DNA from: Podarcis cretensis
Taxonomy: Eukaryota
Assembly: GCA_951804945.1 (NCBI GenBank)
Contig: OX638160.1
Location: forward strand, 10,044,001 to 10,108,000
DNA length: 64,000 bases
Reading direction: 5' to 3'
The notes under the pieces are model-generated. The model did not search any database, was not told where the DNA came from, and was given only the letters and a program-made list of their open reading frames with translations. Positions 27,590-39,500 of the stretch are shown piece after piece (the stretch's first letter is position 1; every line of letters starts with the position of its first letter). The position numbers and the translations under genes are program-made.

Positions 27590-30500
27590 TCTCTCTATAT
27601 ATATCTATACAAACAACAACAACAACAATTAAGATTATTATCCTCTAACCACTTCTCTGGGAGTAAACCTCATTGAACTCAGTGGGATTTACTTCAAAGT
27701 AGGCATTCATAGAATCTCACTGTAAATGTATTTGTGAATAGTGGGCATGGAGGGTGGTGAGCGTTACCAAAATGTTTGGGGGCAGGGGCAGACTTAAGGA
27801 AGAAGGAGTAGTAAGAGCTAAGAGGTGAGAGCCCTGTGGTATGAATAAATAGCAAATATTTCCTTTCTGCACCATAGTGCATGCATTCTCTTTTAGCTAA
27901 GGACTGCTGTGCAGCTCTAAAGCTAAGATTCCAAAGGCACACCCATATTGAAGACTAACAAATGCATTATGACAGAAGCTTCCATGGAACTACAGCCTGC
28001 TTCATCAAATGCATGAAGTGTTGTCCCGAGTTACATGTAAACTGGGTGAGGAAGGAACTAATAAATAGTGAAGTGAGAGGAAAATGAAACTTAGAACGAC
28101 TGAACAATAATACTCATTGTCACTCGACATTTCCCCCGAATGTATTAAGACTGTGTGATCCACCGAATTTTGCAATAAGCATATTTACGTTCATATCTGT
28201 TTCTCTTCCTGCCTGAAATCGAAGCACATAAAGCTTCCATAACTAGACATGTTGTTTACATCTTTAAACAGACTACTTCTTGTGATGAAGCCAACAAGAG
28301 GTTCCAAACTCAGCGTCTCTCAGTAGATTATTATAATCACCCACTTCAAAGACAAAGGGCAGCAAGTGCAGTCAGTATCATTACCAGTGCGCTGGAAGGT
28401 ATGTTGTTGCATATTCATGGGCGCAAATATAGTGGTTGGATACCAAGGTTAAGGACATGCTTTAAATGCCATAAATGGGCGGATTTAGCACTTGCACTTG
28501 GGTCTATGTATTGTTCCTGTGTTGCATATCACCTTTAAATAGGGATTCAGTCCTGGCTCATCCTTGAGGCAAGATGAGACAACTGCTTCAGGTGGCAGGA
28601 ATCACAGGGCTAGCCGATCCGAATGTAGACCTTTACTGTCCCTTTGTTCCTGATGTGGGAGTTGGGGCTACGGGTTTGTTTTGTTCTGGTTTTTCATATG
28701 AATTTTGTGTTTTTACTTTGTATGTTTATGCTGTAAACCACCCTGAGATTTTCAGATAAAGGGCAGTATACAAATTTAATAAATAAAAATAATAAAATAA
28801 ATGTAGATCTTCTCTCACCCTTTCCTCACCGGTAGGGTGGGAGGTGCCATTTAGGGATTTTCAAGGTAACTAGCTAGCACTTTGGGATCAGAAACAGATA
28901 GGAAGCCAGTGAAATTGGAATAGCAATATAGTCCCATGAGCTGTAGCTCAGTGGTCAAAGAAACATGCCCTCTATGTGGAGACCCCCAGGTTCGTCCCAG
29001 GTGTCTTCATGAAGAGCTAGACAAGATTCCTGAAAGCCACTGAACCTGCTGGACAAAGCTTCTGACATAAAATAGTTTCCTATGGTCTTACAAAGAACTG
29101 GCCTATGGGATTGTTAGGAGTTTGGCCTACACTCGAGTAGGACCCTGGCAGAGACACATGCCCGACTGGCATGTTCTCTCCCTCCTGGTCGATCGTTCAG
29201 GAGCTTCCAAAGCTTTCTTCAGCCTTAACATCACAGCGACCGATGCCAACCGACACCGGCACACTTAGGGATCCGCAGAGTTTGCGCAGTTGCATAACAG
29301 ACCTCAGCAACTCAGCATTTTGGCTAATCTACTTTATTTACATATAAACACACACGGAGCACTGTAACATGGCTCCCTCTCTCTCTAGCATCAGACAGCA
29401 AAGAGAAAAAGAACAAAGGACAATAGTCCCACTTCACGGAACACAGTAACACAAAAAGCCTGTCTTCGTCACTTCCCACTCTGTGGAGTCAAAACATATA
29501 CCGTCATGTGAAAGACAACAATCCCATGACTGCAATCACGGAGCAGGAATTCTAACAGAGATATCAATTACAATAGACCTTGATCATACATTTTTAAAAA
29601 GAATTCTGCTGGAGCATCAAGAGATTCAGTAGGAGTTGTTCTCACAAATCCTTATTGATCCCACTTCCTGACCATAGGCGCGTGTTTCTAAATATTTTTT
29701 TTACGGGTGGGGGGGACCTTACTTTATTGTATTTACTGTTTAGAACTTGAAGAATCTAATCAGAAATGCCCCCGCTTCTTGAAGAACTTGGCTGCAAAGT
29801 ATCTTGTGTGGAACTTTTGCCCACTGTGGTTGAAGATAAAGAAGAATGTGGGCGTTTTTGTTATGGATCCATTTACGGACCTCACAATCACAGTTTGCAT
29901 TGTGATGAATACTCTTTTTATGGCGCTAGAACACTATAAAATGTCCCCTGATTTCGAGGCCATGCTTGGGATAGGCAACAAGGTAAGCGAATTCTGGCAA
30001 GCAGGATGTTCTGCATCAGCATGTAATAAGCTTTTATGCATTTGTTATTATTATCATATTGATTTCTGACAGCACTCATCCTTCCCCAAAGGGTATAAGG
30101 TTCAATGACTCTCACCTATCACTATCTCAAGAAAATTCTTTATTAATTTATTTCTGTTAACTATGACAAACGGTTATATCTCTTGGTATTAGCATACCTA
30201 GATATTTAATAGATTCGGAACAAATCTGGAATTTATATTCCTTGGATGAATGTGTAAACAGGTTTTGACTTATTGGCATCAGTTCTGATTTGGAGCAATT
30301 AACAGAGTAACCAGATACAGTGGTGCCCCGCAAGACAAATGCCTCGCAAGACGAAAAACTCGCTAGACGAAAGGGTTTTCCATTTTTCGAGGTGCTTCGC
30401 AAGACAAATTTCCCTATGGGCTTGCTTCGCAAGACGAAAACGTCTTGCGGGTTTGCTTCTTTTTTCGTAAAACCGTTAATACCCGGGGAATCCGCGCTCC

Positions 30501-33500
30501 GCAAGACAAAAAAATCGCAAGACGAAGCAACTCGCAGAACGAATTAATTTCGTCTTGCGAGGCACCACTGTACTTTACCAAAAGCATCTGTTGTTTGCAT
30601 CAAGATGGGAATACTAGCCTGAACAATACAAAATAAACAAAAGAATATCGTCTGCAAATGACACTAATTTATATTCAATATTATAAATCCTACAATGTTG
30701 TCTAATAGCGCAAGCCAAAGGAAAGGTGGCAGACATACTGCCATTTACTTTGATTCTAGGAGTGGCTGCCAGGACAAGCCACATGCTCTTCTTATATGCC
30801 ATGGGAGTGGACTGAGCCTGCATCCCAGGAGTGGCCCACCCCCTTGCCCACTCACAATTGGCTGATTGAGCGAGCTTGCAGGATCTGTTGCCTGGGCAGC
30901 AAGCTCAGCCCAGGGACCTCCTTTGCTGCCCGGGACACAGCCCACGGGGCCTCCCTCATCTGATTGTGAAGGGTGATGGAGGGAGTGCCAGACCGCAATG
31001 GAGCCCCCCAGGAAGGGTTTGCGGACTTCTCAATGTGCCTGTTTGTCATGTGAACTGTCCCTAACGCCGGCATGAGGAGAGAGGATTCTGGAACATACAG
31101 ATTTGACGTCTCCACTTCTATTTTGCAGATTTTCACCGGAATTTTCACTGCAGAAGTGATCCTGAAAATCATTGCGCTGGATCCCTATTATTATTTTCAG
31201 CAGCGCTCAAATATCTTTGACAGTGTGATTGTCTTCATAAGCATCATTGAACTGAGCAGTGAACCCAAAGAGAATAAGGCATCAGGGAAAAAAGGCAGCA
31301 GGAAAGGAAATTTTACAGTTTTACGGACCTTGAGGCTGGTAATCCCTTGCTCTCTTTTTTTCTCTTCCTTCCTTTCTTTTTGGACATATAGGACAGGATT
31401 TCCCACAAGCTACATCTCTTGCAGAAGATCACTATTGATTATACATTTGTGGAGCACTGTGAAAGATTTAACTTGCTAATCTCCAGATGTGCCCTGTGAG
31501 GGATGTTATTTTCAGATAGAGGAAATTGAGGGCAAGAAGCAGCAACTTCCCCAAGGCCACCCGGTGCTTTCAGGACCAGGAAGGGAGTTGAAAATATGTG
31601 TCCAAGGCCAGCTCCTGTGCTGTGCTGCTTGGGAGAGACATGAAGGAGACAAGCTATCAGTGGCCACTAGACACGATGGCCAACTATTACTTCCAGCATC
31701 GCAGACAGCATGCCTCTAAATACCGGTTGCTAGGGAAAAATGAATGGGAGCGTGTTACTGCATTCAAGTTCTGCTTTGGGGCTTCCCCATAGGCACTTGT
31801 TTGGCTGCTGAGGGTCGGACATAATAAATAACAATATGTTCAAAAGAGAACAAAAGGCAAGATGAAGCTGAAAAGAAGGATAAACAGAGTTAGAACTAAG
31901 GCTACAAAGAATAGAAACTGCCAAACTGTTCTGTTCTTTGGTTATCTAACAATACAATACTTTCCTCCCCAACAGATGCGAGTCTTCAAGTTGGCGAAGT
32001 CTTGGCCAACCTTAAACACCCTTATTAAGATAATTTTAAACTCAGTGGATGCTCTGGGCAACCTCACCCTCGTTCTGGCCATTATCGTCTTTATCTTCGC
32101 TGTATTTGGAATGCAGCTATTTGGGGGCAACTATAAGACTCATTGCAAGAAATTGGCCGATGACTGCAAACTACGATGGCATATGCAAGATTTTTTCCAC
32201 TCCTTCCTTGTTATTTTCCGAATTTTGTGTGGAGAATGGATTGAAACCATGTGGGGTTGCATGGTGGTCAATGAGCAATCTATGTGCTTGCTTGTCTTCT
32301 TGCTGGTCATGGTGATTGGAAATTTAGTGGTGAGTTTACAGATACCTTTTGGTTTCCCCTCCCCTTTTTATCAAAATTTTGCTTTGCTATTAATGAAAAG
32401 GGGAAATGTGTTTGAAAAGGCCATCCTCATGCTGTATCTTTAAAATAAGACAAGACTAGTATGTGGAATGGTAGCATTCCAGAAAATCTGTCCTGGGCTG
32501 CTTCTGCCAGGTTCTTGGAATCACAAGTGGGGAGGGTGCTGTTGTACTCAGGTCCTGCTTGCAGGTATCCCATGGGCATCTGGTTGGTTACTGTGCAAAC
32601 AGGAGGCTAGACTAGATGGGCCATTGACCTGATCTAGAAGGGCCCTTCTACTATTCTTATAGGGACGTGGGTGACACTGTGGTATAAACCAGAGAGCCTA
32701 GGGCTTGCCGATCAGAAGGTCACCAGTTTGAATCCCCGCAACAGGGTGAGCCCCCGTTCTTCAGTCCCAGCTCCTGCCCACCTAGCACTTCGAAAGCACA
32801 TCAAAGTGCAAGTAGATAAATAGGTACCGCTCCGGCGGGAAGGTAAATGGCGTTTCTGTGTGCTGCTCTGGTTTCGCCAGAAGCAGCTTAGTCATGCTGG
32901 CCACATGACCCGGAAGCTGTACGCCGGCTCCCTCGGCCAGTAAAGCGAGATGAGCGCCACAACCCCAGAGTCAGTCACGACTGGACCTAATGGTCAGGGG
33001 TACCGTTACATTTTACTGTTCTTACGTTCTCACATCTTTCAGTCTTTTCTCAAGCTATTGGGAAATGAAATGAAATTCCATAATAAGGAGTCAGGAGAAG
33101 GAAGTAAAGCATCTTACCTGCCTCTCACTCTTACCTGGCTTTGTAGGCAGATTTTCTGCTCTAATTTGTCGATATTTATTCATTCCACCTATGCTCTAAA
33201 ACTAGTTTGCAAAGAATTAATAAGAATGAAAACAGATGTATCATTTTAAGAGTAGACAATGCATACAACTAGGGTAAAATGTGCATTAAAAAGCATATAT
33301 TAATTAAGCCAACATAAAAATGCATTATATTACAGAAAATCATTTTCCAGAAATGCGTATATTAGGCAAAATTGCATACAAAGTGTGTGTATCACAATAA
33401 ATTTGCACTAAATTGCTGGTGAATTTTCATGGGTTTTTTTAAAAAAATAAAAAACCCCACACATGTCAATTGATGTGGAGAACTGAACTTGAGGTTGACA

Positions 33501-36500
33501 AAATGAGAAACTGGGAAAAACCAAAATTGACAAATTTTGCCTATCCCTGGCTGTTGGTTGGTTTCCTTGTCCTGGTCATGCCAGAATTGGGTGTTTCCAT
33601 CTCTCTTCAGAAAAAACCAAAACAATTATGCTAGAAATGTTGTTAAACATTTGCTCTTCCCGTTCCTTTGAGGTGCTCAATTTGTTCATTGCCCTGCTGC
33701 TGAACTCGTTCAGCACTGACAACCTCCTCCAACTCCCGGAAGACGACCGAGAAACGAACAACCTTAAAATTGCCTTCGCTCGGATCCACCGAGGGCTGCA
33801 TGCAGCAAAACAGGCAATGTTGGCTTTTTGTTTCAAAGCTCTTGGGTACAAGCGGAAGGCAGCTCAGAAGAAAATAAAATGTGAATCTGAGAAGAACGGG
33901 TTGGAGCTTCGAAAAGTTCTCCCGAACTTCAAGGAGGGCCATGGTAACAGAGAGATCGAGAAGAACGGGGAGAGGTGCTCAGTTCATATCCCGGATGATT
34001 TCATCAGCAACCCCAATGTGTTTGTCTGTGTTCCCATTGCTGCCCCCGAGTCCGATAGCGAGGGTTCTGAAGATGCTGATGAGAAGCAGGGGGCAGCCAT
34101 GGAGACAGAATATACTGAGAAGGTAAGGAGTCAGCTGAAGGCCACATTTCCATGTTCAAGGAAAGGCGGGCAAATATTGCAGCGGACAGAAATGGAGACA
34201 GCAATATTAATGTCAGCCCTCAATATTCTGTCCCAGTTTCTGAACATTCTGTCACACTGTAGAATTAATGAGAAGCAGAAGCAATGATGTGATTGTGCTG
34301 ATAGAAGGTCACCTCATGAGGAACAAGATTAGCTTCTGCCCTAACAGTGTTAGTAGCTGTATTCCCTCACCTTTGCTCATAGGCTGTTTCAATGCAGTCC
34401 TGTGTGTCGTTTTCCTCTTTCTCCTCCTCCTCCTATCATCATCATCATCCCCACATTTCCTTCAATAAGCTCAATATGGAATACACTCTTTTTTGCTCTT
34501 AATTGTTCACCTCATTTCCTAGCACAGCTTCCCTCCACCCCCTGCCCATTCGCGTGAAATTTGACTGATCACATCCTGAAGCATCATGACGCTAATCTAA
34601 CCGGGAAACATTTGTAAACAAAACCACATGGGTGGCTGCAGCCAATCAGATTAAGAGGCAGTGTTGGGCAAGTGAGGCTGAGGATCAGGGCGGAGAAGGA
34701 AAATGGCACTGAGAAGAAGCAATAACCAGGGAAACAAAAGTGCATTTCCCTTGTGTGCTGTAGCTACTCCACCTAGAGAGCTGGTACAAGCTACTCATAC
34801 ACATCGTGATCCAATAGGCCCACCACAGCTCACCAACAATGAACCGTGGTTCAGGAAGCACTTGATAAAGCTGTTGGTATTGCTGCCTGCCGGAAGGCCA
34901 AACTATATGTGATGCTGGGAGATCAGGGGCTGTAGGGATTCTGATAAGGAATGTAGTAGGAGTGGAAGAGACCTTATCTTTTTCCTGAATGCTTGCATGA
35001 AAATGCCCTCTTCCAGTGCTATTTGCCCTGCGAGGCACAACATACAACTACATTATGGATACCTGTATGTTTCCCTCTGCGAGGCAAATACCAGCTTGGG
35101 CAAGAGATTTTCACTGGGAAATGGTGCAGGGGGAAATTCTGCCACTGTCCCAATTAGAATCCACTCCCCTACAGATGACAGTAATTTTGTTTGAGTCACA
35201 GAAATACATCTCCCTTTAGCTCCCATGGCTTTAACTAACAGTAGGAGGGAAAGGGTTCCCCCCGAAAAAACACAAATACAGTGCAGATGAATGTGGCTTC
35301 TCTTCAGCAGGAAAACCAGCTGCGATTGAGAGGAGAGCGGAGCAAGAGTTCTGATGCCTGGAGCCGAACATCTGAAATCTCCTCTCCTGGGGAAATAAGT
35401 ATGCATTGGAAAGCTGGGTCCTCATCACCAAAACAAAAAGAGGTAAAAGTTATTCACCAATAAAGAAAAGCAAAAGCTGATAATGATAATCCAGATGATA
35501 AAATGCCCTGATTGCAGAACTGGGTAAGAAAAAAAAAGGTTGCATTGAAATCGGGACGAAACAAACAAACAAAGTCACAACTCTAATTGAAACGTCACCA
35601 TTCAATGTGTTGAACTGAAACCCAAGCAGGTTGTTTTGAGTATCTTTCTTTGACTGTTTGTGTGCCTCTGATGGTTGGTTGGTTGGTTGGTTGGTTGGTT
35701 GGTTGGTTAGTTAGTTAGTTAGTTAGTTAGTTTGCTTGCCTGTCTGCCTGCTTGTTTTGAGGGGTAAGGCATGCTGATTCAGAGCCTTTGAACCTCTCTT
35801 TTGGTGCCGAAATGGATATTGTAGACCAGAAATTTATATGTGTTACATTAATCACACAGCAAGTGTGTCACCGATTTGATTTCATTTGATTTAATTTAAT
35901 ACCAGGCACCAAAACCATACCATGTGGGGAGATGAGGTTTAACACTTTAACCCTCATGGCAAAAATACATCCCTCCCAGCGCAAATATTAGCCTTAGGAA
36001 AAAATCCTCCTATTGACTCCGGTGACTAATTGTTGCACTGTGGTGCAGGGAGGTTGGGTTTTGTCAGGATTTCACCTAGGAATTGAAAGGTTAAATCTCC
36101 CATTCCCATGCGCCATGGTCCTGATGTGAAAATCACTCCTCCCAATATGCCTAGCATTAAATTTCTTAAAATCCACATGTGGCTGCTAATGACATTAATA
36201 TAAAATTCTAGCTGCACTCCTGTTAGGCAAAACCGACAGACAATGCCTGGTAAAAAAGAAAACTCAAGGCTCTATTTTTCTTTTGCAGAGAGCTGACATT
36301 ATTAGCTGCTCAGAAGGCAGCACCGTGGACCTAGCAAACTCAGAAGAATTCCTGAAGCAGATCCCTGAACTAGCTGAGGACTCGGAGCCAGATAATTGTT
36401 TTCCTGAAAGTAAGGATGCACTTCATCAATTTATTCTATGCAGGGCTACATAATTTCAGAAACATGGGGCTGCAACCCAAAATGGCTAGCCTGTGCTTCT

Positions 36501-39500
36501 TGTCTTCTTTTTCATGCTTCCACCTGCTGACAATGATGTAAGCGAGAGCAGTGATGGGAAGGGGGATCACCAGCTTCCATTAATTGCAGGATGCATGCTA
36601 AAAGTCAGTTGCCAGTACTATTTAACTTGTACAAGGGTTCTAAAGGTAAAGGTAAAGGTAAAGGGACCCCTGAAAATTAGGTCCAGTCGTGACCGACTCT
36701 GGGGTTGCGGCGCTCATCTCGCTTTATTGGCCAAGGGAGCCGGTGTACAGCTTCCGGGTCATGTGGCCAGCATGACTAAGCCGCTTCTGGTGAACCAGAG
36801 CATCGCACGGAAACGCCGTTTACCTTCCCACCGGAGTGGTACCTATTTATCTACTTGCACTTTGATGTTCTTTGGAACTGCTAGGTTGGCAGGAGCAGGG
36901 ACCGAACAACGGGAGCTCATCCCGTCGCGGGGATTCGAACCACTGACCTTCTGATCGGCAAGTCCTAGGCTCTGTGGTTTAACCCACAGCACCACCCGTG
37001 TCCCTTACAAGGGTTGTACCAACCCCATAATGTGGATTATTATTTATTGTGTGTCTCTTTCAGAATTTGCTCAGCGTTATCCTTGGTGTATGGTGAACAC
37101 TGAAAAGTTTCCAGGCAGATTATGGTGGAACCTAAGAAAGACATGCTACCGAATTGTAGAGCACAACTGGTTTGAAAGCTTCATTGTGTTCATGATTCTG
37201 CTGAGCAGTGGAGCTCTGGTATGTTAATCTGATTCTCACACGCAAAACTCTGTGGCTTAAGTGGCACACTGGACAGAGCAGAGAAAAGAAAGATTATATT
37301 TCTAAACCACCACTCCATTCCAAGATGAAATAATGCTGGCAAACAAAGGGGGCACATTTTGCTGATTTGGGAATTGGAGCTCTAGCCAGATGGTATTAAG
37401 CACCATTGATCAGTACAATCCTATGTATGTCTGCTCTGATATAAATCCCATTGAGTTCAATGGGAACTCACTTCCCAGTAAGAGTGCATAGGATTGCAGT
37501 GAGAATGAAGCCTGACTGGGTGCTTGGATCAGGTTTTCAGTTTGGGGAAATACTCGTGCACCTCTATCACCACCACCAATGGATATATATTTAATCTGGG
37601 AACACTGTTTGGAAGGCCAAATTTCTCTGAGATTATGGTGGACCCGTTATTCTTTTACCAGCATGGCACGTGCCACCATATCAAGATTCCTTTCTGTACT
37701 GTATTTCACCAGTCAAGTGTTTTAGTAGTTTTAATGTGCTCATTAGTTTAATGAATTGTATAATCATGTCACCTGCTGGTTAGTTGTTGTATGTAGGGTT
37801 GCCTATACATCTGGGTTTTCCTGGACATAGAAGGGACTGGGCCCTCAAAAATTGTGTCTAGGGAAAATTTCCGATAAGGGTTAAAATGACTGGGGAAACC
37901 CAGACGTATGGCAACCCGATGCAGCCTCCCCAACAGCTCCAGTCACAGAGGCAGCAGCAAAAGGAAGGCAGAAAAGGAAGCAAATGCCTGAGTGGGATAG
38001 GGGATGGACAGACACACGCCTGGCTAGAGCCTGGCTGGGCAGGTGCCCCTCACTTCTGTCGAGGCAGGCGGAATAAGTCCTTGAGGGGACCCACGCCTCC
38101 AATCTGGCCCTTCCCTTGCCCTTGCAGAGTGCTGAGACAGACAGGGAGCTCCTGGGTGGGCCTTAGGGTCCCTGCGGCTCCTGGGAATGTTGCCTCAACA
38201 TTCTCTGAGAGGGGTCGGTGCTGGGACACCTCACTATGGGGAAACTAGGAGACTCCAAGTGTGCGCACACCAGCCTTCAGGGAAAAAGGAGTCCAGCTGC
38301 AGGGCCACGCTCCGCTTCGCCCACCGAGCTGGGGCGGATGGGCCTTCTTTGCTGGCTGCCTCACTGGCCCAGGACGGCCTCACCCCGGCAGGCAGCCCGA
38401 GGTGCCCGTTGAGCCTCCCTGTGGGATCGCTGAGACACACCCTGTCTGTCCTTCCTGTGTCTGGTGCACTACAAAGTGCATCTGGCCGGAGGAGACACGA
38501 CGCCTGCTGTGTGCCAGACTCAGCCGCATGCCTGGTGGGAAGAGCAGCAAGGCAACCCGGGGAGGAATGCAGAGGCTTGGGATTGGCTGGAAATTGTGCC
38601 TCCCACCTCGCCAAACCCCAAACAGCTGGAGGCTTTGGGGAGCAGTGCTCACCCCAAGCCATGCTTGCACCAGCTGCATGCTGGGGCAGCCTTGGAGCAA
38701 AGAGGGCAACACAGTCTTGGTGCCTCGGCTGAGCCCAGTGCACCAGTGGCTGCAGCGGATTGCCTCACCACAGGATGCAAGTCAAAAGCCAGGCAGGCCC
38801 TGCCAACACATTTACCATCAATTTATTTATGGCAAATCCCCACCCCCCAAAAAAAGCTCATCAACTTTGGTGTCTGGATTTTCACCTTTTGAAATATGGC
38901 AACCCTATTGTATATGCCACTCTGTAATCTTCAGTGAAGAAGAGCAGCTAATAAATACAATAACTAAATAAATATTGATGAATACATGTGCACATTCTCC
39001 TTCTGCAGAGGAGGGAGGCATTACATCATAGAAATGTAGAATTGGATGGGACCATAAGGGTCATCTAGTCCAACCCCCTGCACTGCAGGAATCTTTCGTC
39101 CAACGTAGGGCTCGAACCCACGACACTCAGATTAAGAGGCTCATGCTCTACCGACTGAGCTGTCCTATTTAATGGTTGGAAAAAACTGAAAACCATCACA
39201 AAATGTCACATTGACAGTGGTCCAGGTGAAATCTGGAAATCAGCAAGTTTTTGCTAATAGATTGGTACTGTTCCACAAGCTGGGTAAGATAGTTTGGAAC
39301 AAACAAAATCCAGGAAAAATTCAGGTGCAGAGAATTTTAAGCGTCCCTACTTTATTGTAAGCCACCCTGAGTATTTTATGTTATGGGTTGCCAGTGTTGT
39401 AACATCACTGCATTTAGTACGTGATTGCCTGGGATCATTCATTTGCCGTATCCTGTGCCCTCCAGTTCTCATGGAGATATATATATGTTTGGCACAGCTC

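Noticed and set aside
37881-38971. Multiple ORFs on both strands
   Set aside because: GC-rich interior of a hAT-like element; no transposase or other motif
39097-39165. tRNA-Lys(CTT) gene
   Set aside because: The 5' acceptor stem is missing, the anticodon stem is mismatched and it is fused to a CR1 tail: a SINE head, not a functional tRNA
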